Notes: a model not told the origin generated them from the letters alone. A stretch of DNA of 63,676 bases, filler included, from Patellaria atrata CBS 101060 (GCA_010093705.1; 17 parts of 17 records of this genome joined end to end with filler, not necessarily neighbours in it), one strand, 5' to 3'; shown: positions 1 to 13,025, counted from the first letter of the whole stretch. Made by a program: numbers and translations.

Positions 1-133
1 TTTTTTGTATTTTTTCTGTTTTTTTTTTTCTGTTTTTTTTTTTCGTTTTCCTGGGTCTGCAGGCTTTGAGGGGGAAGAGGGAGGAGGAAGAGGAGGGAAG
101 GGAAGAGGGAACAGAGGGCTAATGGTGATACAG

Positions 134-506
134 GTATTTTGGCCGCGCTCGTGATCTCCCCGGCGTCAAAGAACTTTTTGAAGCTGCGGCTCGTCCGGCG
201 CAACATGAGGAGACACCTACGACGCGTGCGCAGCTGAATCGGAATGTTGATGCTGGATACTATGGCTATAATCTCGATGAGGAAGATGGGACGTTATTGG
301 AGTATGAGATCCAGAAGGAGGCGGAGGCGTATGAGGCGCTTATGGGACAGCCGGATGTGTTGGATGGGAAGGAGGCGAAAGGGGAGTGGGAGGAGTTGCC
401 GGGGGATCAGGGAGATGGGGTTCGGTGGAGTCTGCCGGGTGCGGAGGAGGTGCAGGAGGAGTTGTTGGAGAGGAGGAGAAGACGGTTGTTGGATAAATTG
501 GGCTAG
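134..506 (+). CDS. ISY1: Pre-mRNA splicing factor Isy1, last exon (5' part outside the window)
   Basis: After branch site GCTAAT and acceptor CAG (131-133) the exon reads YFGRARDLPGVKELFE...DAGYYGY...DEEDGTLLEYE...LLERRRRRLLDKLG*, the Isy1 C-terminal signature. Confidence 0.9.
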
Positions 507-948
507 TGGAGTGGTGACGAGATGTTCATCCCAACGTCTATATTGGCATACTAATAAATGACATGGCCTTCATAATACGTTAGAGTTGGTGGCATTTGCT
601 TCCTCCCCTTCCTCTCCCTACTCATTATACTCATTCTCACATTCCCTTAAGGTCCAGCCTGGCGCGCTACAACACTGCCCCTCCAACTCCACCAGCTTAT
701 GATGGCCATTCCTACCCTATTCTCCCTCCTTCCTTTTTTTTTCCGCCGTGCGAGCCCTGTAATGTCCCAAGCGCAGTGACGAGTCCACCGACCGCGTCAG
801 CGATATTCCAGCGTAGCACCAAGATATAGAAACTCGATATCTCACGACCTATTATGAATCCCATCATACCAAGTGTGAAATAAAAACTCATACAGCACAG
901 TACTGTACGAGTCGAGTCGAATCAAGTCGGATCAAGGGGGTGAATATG

Positions 949-1320
949 CTCGTACTTAGGAGCGTGGTTGCCATTCGGCGAATCGACTCTGAGTGATGAT
1001 TCGGGCCTTACGGTTCGGGTCTTGCATTCGGCTTCTTATTGCTATTCGGCTTCCAGTTACGATCCCGCCCTTACGATTCCGCGATCCGACTCTTAGTTGC
1101 GATTCGGCAGTTGCTCTCTTGGGATTCGGCGAGTCGAAATGAGTCGGGTCGATGGGAGTGAAGATGGTCGTACTCAGGAGGGTAGTTGCGATTCGGCTAG
1201 AGGGGGAAAACGGATGTATTTTATCTATACTCGTACTTATCTAGCGTTAGGAATCGCAGGAATGGTTAAGATTCGGCAGTTCGCGATTCTGCGATTCTGC
1301 TCCCAGTTACGATTCGGCTT
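949..1320. repeat. Degenerate array of (AGTTRCG)ATTCGGC motifs
   Basis: ATTCGGC at about 973, 1026, 1044, 1102, 1124, 1191, 1271 and 1312. The longer unit TCGTACTYAGGAGSGTRGTTGCSATTCGGC occurs at about 950 and 1168. Confidence 0.6.
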
Positions 1321-1646
1321 CTCTTGAAGATAAGAGAAATTAGCCACTAAAATCCTGATATCATCAAGAGAAGAGATCAAATCTTTCATAGGTCGAACGA
1401 AAAAGTAATTCTACCAAACACCTAAACTAACGAAGCCGTTATTGAAAACCCAAACTCAAAACCCGGGTATACGTAACCACCTCTTATAAGACCGATAACT
1501 CCTCACGTTTTCGCTTTTCCCAAATCCGTCCAACCGAGAACGAAACCCATGTACAGCTGGTACTTTTCAACATGTCCTTCCTCAGTATTACCACTCTACA
1601 TCCTGATAGATCGATACTCGTCCTCTTCAGACTCCCTCTTTCACGC

Positions 1647-2678
1647 TCATACCATTGCAACATGCGCCCTGTTAACCTGTTCCGGGCTCTCCGGGTTCTC
1701 GGGAGGTTGAAACCGCTGAGACTCGATATCATTGAAGTCCTGGCCCGGGTTGACGGTCTCATAATCCAACCACTTCATCAGACGGTAAAAGGTAAAGGCG
1801 AGGAGAACGCCGAGGGTAGGGCCGATCCAGTAGATCCAGTGATAGCCGGGGAAAGAGCCGAGGATGACGGCGGGACCGAAGGAGCGGGCGGGATTAAGGG
1901 AGCCACCGGTGAAGTAGACGCCTGAGTTGTGTTATTAGACGATATGGTATGATGAGAGGAGGAGAGGAGGAAGGAGTTTACCAGCGAGTTCGGCAACGAA
2001 GAGAGCGAGACCGATACCGACCGGGGCGAGAAAAGTCCCCTTGTGCTTCTCGACTGCGAGCATATAGATCATGATCATCAGTTCTGCTGTGAGGAACATC
2101 TCGAGGAAACAGCCTCGGGAGATTGATGTGCCGGGTGATAGGGTTGTGGCTACGGCGAGGGGCCCGGGGAGAATGGCTTGGACGATTCCTGCGGCACAGA
2201 TGCCTGCGACTATTTGGGCGATCATGCAACCTACCATACGGATGGCGTTGACAGCACCCACGAGGTAAAGTCCCAATGTTACCTGTGTAGCTGTCAGAAA
2301 AGGGTAGGTAGAATATGTTGTATACTTGATGCTTACCGCGGGGTTGAATAATCCACCACTAACTCTGTAGAAGATCCAGACATTGCAAGCTAAAGAGAAG
2401 CCAAATGCTAGGCTAATGTATAACAGGGCGGCAGCATTTGGTCCTAGAGCTACTGTATCCGCACTTGAAGGTCCTGATGAGGCTGATGCCGAAGCATTTG
2501 CAACTTGTGTGGCAGTAAATGCAAAGAATAGAAACATGAACGTTCCGCAGAACTCAGCAAGTATAGCAGTCCCCTCATTCCGGATCTTGTTTGGAACTCG
2601 TCTCTTCGGTTGGCTACGACTCGCATGAGCACGCCTTGTATGACCATTTGGGACTTCTCCTCTTTCCTTCGAAGGCAT
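1647..2678 (-). CDS. Aquaporin (MIP family)
   Basis: [13 protein letters not shown], first NPA (SGGLFNPA) and second NPA ([15 protein letters not shown]), HWIYWIGP. Introns 2283-2336 and 1922-1981. The 3' end could extend if GTATGA at the stop codon is a donor. Confidence 0.93.
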
Positions 2679-3996
2679 CTTTCCATATGATTTTCAAAGT
2701 GTTTAAAGCTGTGATTAGGTACCAATTGGAACCGACGAACTTGACGAAAAGGGAGAGATGGAAGAGAAAAAGGGCTTAAGAGGAATTAAGTCTCAACGAG
2801 AGAAGATGGCAGAAAGAAAGATAAAGTAAACCATGACCACATTTGACACATGTAGATGGCTGGACCATAGCTACGGTTGTGGCGCATTGAAGGAACGAAG
2901 AGTAGTGGAGGGATCGACGAGGCTGGCAGTAACCAATTCCCACACCTGTCATTCTGCATGACGGTGGTCGTCTCATCTGAGAAGCATAATTGGTCTTTCA
3001 GGTGTTGAAAACCTTTTAACCACTTCTCGTGCTTTACGCGTCGAAGAATCCCCACAATCATAACTCTGATATCATCATCTTGAGCACGGACGGGGGCTCG
3101 AAGATGAGGCATATGACTCGAAGCTCCATAGTCCAATTCTAATGGTATACCGGGCGTCTACCCTAGTATAACAACAAAGGACGCATTGAGAATGCCCATT
3201 TCCGAATTGGATTAGAGGGTACATTTTAGGAAAACGATATCAAATGCTAAATCTTGGGAAAAGCTGAGATTGACGTTAAGATCTGTTTCGCTTGGCCCCC
3301 TAGTTGCAGATCGTTGATATTCAAGAAAAAAGAGTTTCTCATATCAAAGAGTAGTGGAGGATAGTAAACTGTAATATTATATTTTCTTCCATCATTACCC
3401 TAAGAATCAGCTCTCCAAGTTACTCCCCATATTTACTTCCAATTGGATAAAATCGTCAAGATTATTTTCCACCCTCGAGGCTGGTGTGTCCGTTTCCTGT
3501 CATCGATCGCCAAGCGCCCACCAGGGAAAACGGTATGCAGGTATTATCGTTCTATCACGGGCCTAAAGCGAGGAGAGAAAGGAGTACCAAATTCAGGGTG
3601 AGCTGGTGAATGGGGATTATTGACCTGGATACTGCTTAACTTTTGTCCTTCCTTCCTATAGAGCACTTTAAACCATATTATTGGGAGGTCCCCAAAACCC
3701 CGGTTCTTTGTACAATCCTATCCAGTACAGTTGCTAAGAAAGGTATTGAATTATGGCTCCACTTTTCCCATGAATAGTAGTAATATACAGTACCCGACGA
3801 CCACCAACATCCCAGCCATGGAACCCTAACTTTTGAATCTAGTAATATCTCAGATCCTGTACAAAAGTGGAAGTAGTTTCCCGTCGCGAGTGTTCCGTGT
3901 GCAGGGGGACCAATAATCGAATCTTCCGCTTGCCATGCTACCCACTCAACATCCCTAACCCTCTTGCCGACAGCTTTGAGTACCTCAGTGATCAAC

Positions 3997-4174
3997 TCAA
4001 GAGAACCGTCTCATGACCTTGGCAATGACTGTGTGGGATATTAGTCAAGATCTCTTCTCTAGAATGTAGATAACTTACCGTGTAGCGCAACAACACTGAT
4101 GATGAAACCAATCGACAAAACCATGACAACGACAGGATCAACCTTCAACCCAGGAGACTCATCGGTATAAAGTC
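3997..4174 (-). CDS. SBH1: Sec61 translocon beta subunit, last two exons (5' exons lost at contig end); not in the ORF track
   Basis: Exon 4174-4079 reads [32 protein letters not shown], then intron 4029-4078 (GTAAGT...CTAAT...CAG), then [10 protein letters not shown]. Confidence 0.93.
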
Positions 4175-4254
4175 CTACATTCCCGATTAGCCTCATCCAA
4201 AACAGCCATTAGACCCCCTAAATCATCCCATCGCATCTCAGCCAAATTTTTTTT

Positions 4255-4354
4255 NNNNNNNNNNNNNNNNNNNNNNNNNNNNNNNNNNNNNNNNNNNNTT
4301 AATTAATTAANNNNNNNNNNNNNNNNNNNNNNNNNNNNNNNNNNNNNNNNNNNN
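4255..4354. other. Artificial contig spacer N44-TTAATTAATTAA-N44; 16 copies, starting at 4255, 8518, 12700, 16798, 20838, 24759, 28583, 32359, 36027, 39688, 43246, 46790, 50327, 53726, 57117 and 60459
   Basis: Identical 100-nt structure each time. The palindromic 12-mer gives stops in all six frames. Confidence 0.98.
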
Positions 4355-4772
4355 AGGGGGGGAAGTTTGGAGGGATTGAGAATAGAAAGTGGTGGGGCCT
4401 TAAGGAGAGAGATTAAGCAGGGATGCTGGTCCTATTGATGTATGTTCATGGTATTATTTTACAGTTGATAAAGAATAATAGGAGTGCTTCGTGCCTTTAC
4501 AGCCCCTAACTCCAAAACCCATGAAGAGGGACAGTCATTAGCGACTGGAAGGTCTAATGGCATTTGTAGGTAGAAATGTCAACCATTAACCTTTCCACCT
4601 ACTGATACCCCTAACCCTCTAGACAACTAATAAATAATAGTCTCAATCCATTACGCAAAAGTGTGATGTCGTCAGTAAACAGAGCGTCAGCCTACCAAAA
4701 TGACAATGACAATGATTCATTCTCACTCCTAAACACCACCCAATGCACTAGGTATAAGACAAAGCTGTACAA

Positions 4773-6943
4773 TTACGCAATATTACCAGCAAGACCCAGG
4801 AACAGCGCTTGAGCCGCCAGCTGTAAAGTCCAGATGCCCACTTTTTTTATTCGTCTCTTACGCCCTTCATGATCATCCAGCACATCTCGGGCGAAGGCTT
4901 CATACATCTACAAAACAATTAGTGTTATATACTTCACTAATACTAGGGTAATAAGCTTACCTCTCGAGACAGGTCATCCATCAGCATGCTATCATATATA
5001 GTCCAACTACCATCAAAGTCACTGAGACGTTTCACTACTCTACAATTCACAGGTATAAACGCCTTTTTAGAATTAATGTACGCAACGATGGGTCTGATGA
5101 GCGCATTATTGACATAGGAAAGGTCGTTGGTGAAGAGCGGAACAGCGGCTCGGACGTTATTAAGAGAGACTCTCAAGTCCATAACAAGGAATCTATTGTC
5201 ATTATCATCCAGAGTAGTCTTCGTTTCAGTATTCAAATCTTCATTTTGCCCGGAAGGTTTATCAGGTTTTCCATTCGAAGTTACCGTGGCCTCCACGCGA
5301 TCATAGAAATCGGACATAACTTTAGCAAGTGTGTTATCATCCGCTGGGAACATGATATCAGCGACAATATCAACATTGCCTTCATGAATCCAGGAGAAGG
5401 GACCCTCATAGCCTCGGTTGAGGTGATCAATGTTCAAACCGTCAATTCTGATACGACTATGCTTTTTCCACTGGGTAGGTTCACCGTCCTCTTTCCCCTC
5501 CGTGAGTTTAATTCCAGTATAATTGTGAGTTTGTCGAGGATGAATGGTGAAAAGTGAATTATCGAAGGAACCTGAGACGTTGTTGGCCGACATAAAATCG
5601 TAGAATAACCACTGTTGTCGGAGTTTCGGTAAATCGCAGGAGTATATACTGACAGAAAATGGACGAAAATCATGTGGTTGATAAACTGTCACTAACAAGT
5701 CCTCCATCTTGAAAGAATCCAATTCGAAATCTCCAGTATGGTGCTCATGCTTGTATGTTCTCGGGTCAACAGGTTCGGCGGGGGTCTGTAAGTGAGTCCT
5801 ATCGACAACCCCTCGGATTCCTTTCACTTCAACATCCTGGAGAACACCTTTCCCGTTGAACCACTTTGCAAAAGATAAAGTTACGTTTACAGTATCTATC
5901 GAGAGGTCGAACTGAGTATAGTTGCCATCCTCGGGATCCTCGTCATGTTCCGTGTGTCGCTCGGCCAGTGCAGCCGTCGCAGCAGCTGCTGCTGAAGTTT
6001 GAGATCCTTTGCTCACGCTTGATTTTCCTCTAGTAAGTCCCGGTCGCCTAGAGACGAACACATTCTTGAAAGAAATGACTCCGTCGCCCCATTTCGGTAC
6101 TATGGCAGATTCGAACACGACTTTCATGCCAGATGATTTGGTGAGAGAATTTCCGACCCAGCGAGCCAAAGTCTCCTGGGCAAAGACGGTATTGATCAAG
6201 AAAATTGTAAGAGAGACAAAAGTCGTGGTTCCGACGAGGATCCACACGACATGTCCAACTATGATCCATGAGAAAAATGCGCTAATATCGTCCATATTAA
6301 AAGGACGAGCGCTTTTGATCGAGAACCATTTAAAATGTACCTTGAACCTGGACCATGCTCCTGTCGCGGCAGCTAAAAGTTCCTCCTTTGTAGGTCGGTG
6401 TAGATGTGGAAGGTGGTTTAGGATCGGATAATCACTGGTATTCTGGTCCTTCGACACCTTTTCAGTTGTGATATCAGGCTTCTTGCCTACCTTTTGCTGA
6501 GCGTGCCCATTATTTGATTTACTGGCCGCTGGAGGCCGTGAACCATTCGTCGTAGAGCTTTTGTCACGCCGGTAGTCCACGGAATGACGCCGTCGAGGAC
6601 GATGATGTATGTGTCGTCTCCACTGAGGAGAAATCCTTATTCTCAAACTCTCTCTTAAAGCAAGCTGCCCAGGGATTGAACATGGTGCAGCGAATGCGGT
6701 GAATGTTCGTAAACCTAGAAAATTCGAACGGATAGGTTCCTGGGTAAGTGGAGTAGTGCTGAAGTTTTGAGAACTATTCCAGCAAGCCGAACCAGGAGAC
6801 AACGGCCGAGAGCGTAAGGATATACCAGTCCTTGAGATACTGTGAGATAGGATTGAATCGGTATGGCACGATCGAGGCAGAGGTATGCCGACAATCGAAC
6901 GCCATAGGTGTCCGGCGGCCGGTGAGGCTACATAGCGACTCAT
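4773..6943 (-). CDS. MDM31: Mitochondrial distribution and morphology protein Mdm31/Mdm32
   Basis: RFKVHFKWFSIKSARPFNMDDISAFFSW, VFESAIVPKW, DGNYTQFDL, LRQQWLFYDF. Intron 4908-4960, last exon MYEAFARDV...KKVGIWTLQL...AGNIA*. R/S-rich presequence-like N-terminus. Confidence 0.93.
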
Positions 6944-7205
6944 TATACTGAATAGTAAAGCATATTGACCGACAGCCTAGAAATTGAATGGCTGTGGTAA
7001 AGGATACAGTATGGTAGTGGATAAGGAAGAACAAAAGCTTGGATATGACGGGAAAGCATCATCGTCGGCTTGAAATCTTGGCACAAAGGGACCCTGCCGA
7101 AATTTTGTGAACTTCACAAATGATACGGAATATAGTAGTTCTACACTTCTAGAGTATCAACCACACAATTTTCCCCTACCGCTGAAATTCGAAACATCAG
7201 TCACA

Positions 7206-8154
7206 ATGCCAGCACCAACAGCGCTTCAGCGCGCCCCCGAGCAACTCGCAGATGAAGTAGCTATGGAAGATGCTCCCCAAGGTGCCCACACTCCCCACTC
7301 TTCCTTGTCCCATATACTCATCCTCTCCCTCCAGACGAATTCACCTTATCCCTACCCGCCGCTATCTCATCAGCACCTCCCCAGACTTCTGCTCTCTCCG
7401 CTCCAGGAACAGACATGGAAATCGACACCGAAGGGCGGCCCAAATTCGCCCCCCTCGCCGAAACCGCCACCGTCCACCGCACCGAAACGCGCAAAGTACT
7501 GATTCCACCACACCGCATGACGCCCCTCAAAGCTTCCTGGAGTAAAATCTACCCACCTTTGGTAGAGCACTTGAAGCTGCAAGTAAGGATGAATGTGAAG
7601 GCGCGGGCGGTGGAATTGAGGACGTCGAAGGCGACGGAGTCGGCGGGGGCGTTGCAGCAGGGTGAAGATGTGAGTATACGCTTCTTCTGGGAGGGATAGA
7701 GAAAGATTTGGATTTGGATCATGTGACTAATTGGATTTTATAGTTCGTTAAAGCATTTAGTCTAGGCTTCGATGTCGATGATGCCATCGCCTTGTTGAGG
7801 TTGGATGAGTATGTGTCCCTTCCCATCTCATCCTTCTCGAACCCCCTCCGCTAACATACCCATAGCCTCTATATCGAGACCTTCGAAGTCAAAGACGTGA
7901 AGACCCTACAAGGCGACCACTTGGCCCGGGCAATCGGTCGAATAGCAGGTAAAGACGGGAAGACGAAATATGCGATCGAGAACGCTTCGAGAACGAGGAT
8001 AGTACTCGCTGATTCGAAGATCCATATACTAGGTGGGTTCAAACAAATCAGAATAGCGAGGGAGGCTGTAGTGTCCCTAATTCTTGGGGCACCACCAGGT
8101 AAGGTGTACGGCAACTTGCGAACGGTTGCCTCGAGGATGAAGGAAAGATTTTAG
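7206..8154 (+). CDS. PNO1: Pre-rRNA-processing KH-domain protein Pno1/Dim2
   Basis: [72 protein letters not shown]. Three introns (7282-7334, about 7670-7743, about 7808-7865). Divergent from MDM31. Confidence 0.96.
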
Positions 8155-8779
8155 GGAGCAAGGAAGGAGTCAGAGTCGCAGCATTTTCACGGCATTTTCC
8201 ATAGGCGATATGGAGTTCAGGTAGGCATTTCTAAAAGAGAAACGGCATGACTTCACGACAAATAGCGCTAGCAGATAACGAGGGATTTTTTGCTACTAAA
8301 TTGTCTCCTATTTCACAGTCGTCCAAGCTATAATATTGCCGCCACGACAACTTCTCCTCCAATCTTGTACCCACCTAGAACTCACCACCGCCTGTTCGGC
8401 CCTTTCTCATCCTCACACCACTCACTTCACCACCCCCTCAAACCTCAAAACCTAACCCCCTCATTTCCCCTCTTCCGCACCCCTTCCTCCCCCTCAACCC
8501 ACACCCTCACAATAAGCNNNNNNNNNNNNNNNNNNNNNNNNNNNNNNNNNNNNNNNNNNNNTTAATTAATTAANNNNNNNNNNNNNNNNNNNNNNNNNNN
8601 NNNNNNNNNNNNNNNNNGGTGGGGGTTAGGAGTCTTTTATGAAGCATGATTTACACGGGCATGGCGCTGGCGTCTTAAATTTGTGATGATTCGAAAAGGG
8701 AGCATCTGGCGACAATGGCATTCATGGAGAGAATTTGTTTTTGGTCATATGTATCATTTTAAGACGATATCTCAAAAAT

Positions 8780-9767
8780 TCATCCCCCTAATCCACCTCT
8801 CTTCTTTGCCATCAGTTCTCGATAGCTATCAACGATGCTTTTCCTCGCCTCTCCAAGTTCCTCTCTTCTCCGCAAGCTTCCAGCTGATTTTGGCACATTG
8901 CTCACCTCTACTCTTGCGCCTCCTGTAATTTTGAATTTCTCTTTCGGTAATTTTGTGAACTGGGGAGGCGCTTGAGCAACGTCATGGAGACCTTTCGGTT
9001 CCTCACGCTTAGATTTCAGGAATTTCCAAGGATCATCATCATTATCGCCTTGTTCACCAACGACCTTTTTCCTCTTTCCCTTCTTCCCTCTTCCAGGAAG
9101 CTCTTGGGTTTTGTCTTCCCACATCGCCGCTTCCGCGTCCTCTTCCTCTTCGGCAAGCTCGCGAGCCTCCTGTTCTCTCTCTTTGATCCGAACGTCCTCC
9201 TCCTTCCAAGTCGCGACCATCTTTTGTAGTCTCCTCTCATGCTTCGTCTGGCGGTCCTTTACTCCTCTCACTTTCTTTCCCTTAGTCGAGAGACCAGCGA
9301 CGGGTAGCGCTTGGTCTACCCGAGCAGAGAAGTCTGATATCCGTTCGCCCGGCATGATCTTGAGTTTGGGTATGATCTCTTGTTCAGGCACACTGAGAAC
9401 ATCTTCCTGAAGCACCTTCCGCTTCTTACGTTTGTAATATTCGCCATCATCGAGTCCATCCGGTACCTTGCCCGTCCTACGAAACTGCATCAGGCGCAAA
9501 AATGCCTTGGGGGTATCATTTTCGCCAGCGCCGTTCTGGAGGCTCTTCCGCTTCTTTTTCGCACGCGCCGCTTCACCGCCTTTGTCTGTCCCCGGTTTGG
9601 AAGCTTTGGTTCTGACCACGGGCAGCGGCTTTGCGACGACCGAGGGTGGGAGATTGTAGCTGCGAAGGCAATATCAGCGATAAAGTCCCGCATGACCTTG
9701 TTCGGGCAACACCGTGGACGTACTTGGATTGAGCGTCATCCTTTGCTCTGGTGTGCTTGTGAGGCAT
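8780..9767 (-). CDS. Conserved basic coiled-coil protein, CCDC137-like (probably nucleolar)
   Basis: Exon 1 MPHKHTRAKDDAQS, intron 9660-9723, then NYNLPPSVVAKPLP...DTPKAFLRLM...KIMPGERISDFSARVDQAL...DVAQAPPQF...SLRRREELGEARKSIVDSYRELM. Motif order resembles CCDC137, recalled from memory. Confidence 0.7.
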
Positions 9768-9885
9768 GTTGACGTTGGAGAGTAAAATGGACCAGTCGTA
9801 TCGCGAAGTTGGAGCTGGTGTTCAAAATTTCGACTGACTTTCGAGACTGGGGCGGCCAGGGCGAACGACAGCCAAGGTATTCCCC

Positions 9886-9919
9886 CACCACCACCACCAC
9901 CACCACCACCACCACCACC
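9886..9919. repeat. (CCA)n microsatellite
   Basis: About 11 perfect CCA units. Confidence 0.95.
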
Positions 9920-10907
9920 TGCAATGGTCCAAACGGACCAAACCACCCATTCAGTTCGTCAACGTGGGCGATAAACCTCCAGATTGCATCCCACCAGCTC
10001 TAGATCACTATACACATACAGTATGGTAGATTCTAGCGTCAAAATCGGAGTGTGGTCGTTTTTATGAAGTCAATCCGCCAACGAGAAGCTTGGGATTCAG
10101 TGCGTGGATGCTTTTCTTTTCCTTTTCGTGATGGCTTCCAGGTCTCATATTTCAAGTGACTCCGCTGTCAGTTGACAGTAGTCGTTATCTATAATTACAG
10201 CTGTTCAAAGCGACGTACTTCAAGCTGCGAAACCTGTCCCGCATCTATACGTTTTCTCGCTGCTTTGTACGGTATCATGGCATTATCACTTTCGACTTTT
10301 AGAGCGTCCTTCCTCAGGAGCGAGCGATAAACAGACACATCAAGAACGTCATGGACCTCCAAAACTTGGTTTTAACTTTCAAGTTGAGTTGAGATACAAC
10401 GATCAGGACGAATAGGAATACTGTTCTTCCTCCCCTGGGTCCCAAGTTCAATAATCATTGTCCAGGAGCATCCACTACTTCAGGGCCAGACGGCCTCGAG
10501 TTCGACATCCATTTGTACAATAAAGTGCAAGATCGAATCTAGATTATCCTTGTACCGAGAACTCTACCCGGAGAGTCATTATCGCTGGGCATATCCATAT
10601 CGGCAAGCAAACAGTCTAATACGAACTACCTCTTCTGAGTTCTCCAAAGAGGCTATATAAGTAACAGTTGAAATCGGACTCTGTCCCCTTTACTGAAGTG
10701 AAGCACAGCCAGTACCTTCGCCACTTATTTCTGGTCAATTGAGGGGGTAAAGAGCTAAAGAGTGGAAAAAGAAAGGCATATCTTGTCACGGATTTGGAGA
10801 CTACTGCAGCTATATAAGGTCTATATCGCACCTAGATTCTGGTGAATGCTCATTATTGGCGCGTTGATCACGCTTACATATCCCGTTCCTGGATATCGGG
10901 ATCTGAA

Positions 10908-12429
10908 ATGGCGGCATCTAACATTGAACACTTGCTGCACCCGAATTCGGATTTGCCGGAACATCACTCATCAACTTCATCCACGAGACTTAACGAATTT
11001 CGTGAGGTGACGGATCTCCCTCTTAAAAAAGCTTCTATTCTCTCAGTGAGGGCTTTGGAAGATGGTCCTGCGACTGGTCCGATTAAGAAACATTCGCTTT
11101 GGGCAAGACTTCTCATGTCCTTACGGCGTAGGCAGACGGGGTCACAGTACTCTTATCATGAGTGTGCACAAGACGATATCACAACTATAAAATCCGAAAA
11201 ATCTTCGGCTAATTTGAAGTTTTGGAGGTCTTTTGTTATTCAATCTCTGATCTCAATCCTTGCCGCATTGTGAGTATCTAGAGACATTCTAAAGCTTTTA
11301 GGTTGCTAAGTTTGCTTCCAGTGGACTCATACATCTTATAAACGTTTTCTTCAGCTTAGGACCTGTTCTATTGGATACAACGGTCGATACATCCATTCGG
11401 ACTTGGAACTCTTTCGTCAGAGCCGGTGCTCCGCTTTCTGATTATCCAACTAATATCACTCGGGATGTTCTTCCAATTCCGTGTCATTCGCACAATGACT
11501 ACTGGCGTCGGGTCCCTCTCCTTGAAGCTCTCCACTATGGTTGTACTGGAGTAGAGGCTGATGTTTGGTTCTTTGATGGGGAGCTCTACGTTGGTCATAG
11601 TACATCCGACTTACGTCCTGAAAAGACTCTTGAAACACTTTATATCAATCCCTTACTCCACATCCTAGGGGAAAAGAACGCTCCCACGCTGTTTGCCAAT
11701 AATACCTCAAATGGCGTCTTCGACCGTGATCCTACTCAAACCTTGGTCTTCCTGGTCGATTTCAAAAACTCCGGCCGAGCCATCTGGCCCGTTGTACAGC
11801 AACAGCTCGAATCCCTGAGAAGTAGAGGCTACCTAACCCATTTCAACGGTCAAGCTGTCATACACCGTCCCATTACCGTAGTCGCTACTGGCAACGCGCC
11901 TTTTGATCTCCTAGTCTCTAATCCCTCCTACCGAGACATCTTCTTCGACGCCCCGCTAGCAAGTTTATGGGAGGAACCCAGCTCTCACGTCCTCATCGAA
12001 TCCGCCCCACACATCGGTTCCCACAATCCCGCACTCGAAATCTCCACCCCCATCCTACCGCCCTCTACCGATGGCGAAGGGGAAGACCAAGGCCCCACCG
12101 GCCTTCCCACAACCATCACCCCGGACATCTTCACCGCAGCGAACTCGTACTACGCCAGCGCATCCTTCAAAAAAGCGATCGGCCGTCTTTGTCCCTTCGC
12201 GCGACAGCTTTCCGAGAAGCACCTCCGTCTCATCAGGGGCCAGATCCAAGGTGCCAAACGCAAAGGTCTCAAGGCTAGGTACTGGGGCACCCCTGGCTGG
12301 CCTATCGCGCTGAGGAATCACGTCTGGGAAGCGCTGGTTAGGGAGGGCGCGGATTATTTGAACGTGGACGATTTGAGCGCTGCAGCTACGAGGGATTGGA
12401 CCGGGAGGGCGCATAGGGTGTGGTTTTAG
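10908..12429 (+). CDS. AIM6: Aim6-like PLC-like phosphodiesterase with N-terminal transmembrane segment
   Basis: PIPCHSHNDYWRRVPLLEALHYGCTGVEADVW, LYVGHS, DPTQTLVFLVDFK, ARYWGTPGWP, LNVDDL. Intron 11270-11321 joins the two ORFs in frame. Confidence 0.85.
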
Positions 12430-12799
12430 TTTGAGGGTTTGGGGTATACCCGGTGGTGTTCGTTTGATGTAGGGTTGGGTCTGGGTCGGTATAGGTGTTG
12501 TATATCTTAGATGGACGAATAGATCTTGTTACTATTACCATGGGTTCAGTTTTCAACGTGTCTTCGACCTTCTCCATAGAAGCTCACTTTTGCACATAGG
12601 CGTCAGTGTGTATTGCACTGGTATCACGGTCACGTAAAATTAAATATCACCAAGAAAATTAAAACAAATCCATTTGTTGTTTATTTATTTTTTTGAGGGN
12701 NNNNNNNNNNNNNNNNNNNNNNNNNNNNNNNNNNNNNNNNNNNTTAATTAATTAANNNNNNNNNNNNNNNNNNNNNNNNNNNNNNNNNNNNNNNNNNNN

Positions 12800-13025
12800 A
12801 AGTGCAAGTGAAGCGCAAGTGCAAGTGAAGCGCAAGTGCAAGTGAAGCGCAAGTGCAAGTGCAAGTGCTGTACAGTACAGTCGAGTGTCGCAAGATGTGA
12901 TAATACCTTAACATTATTCCAACAGTGTCCCCTCACGCTTGTTGCGAAGGGGGCAAATGTTGGTGAGTACCGTACTGTCGAGTTCCGTACTGTCGAGTTC
13001 CGTACTGTCGAGTTCCGTACTGTCT
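12800..13025. repeat. Two short tandem arrays: AAGTGCAAGTGAAGCGC x3+ (12800-12868) and CCGTACTGTCGAGTT x~4 (12970-13025)
   Basis: Read directly from the sequence. Confidence 0.9.

Noticed and set aside
4299..4310. Regularly recurring TTAATTAATTAA palindrome as a biological repeat or CRISPR-like array
   Set aside because: Always embedded in exactly 44+44 Ns; it is an assembly linker.
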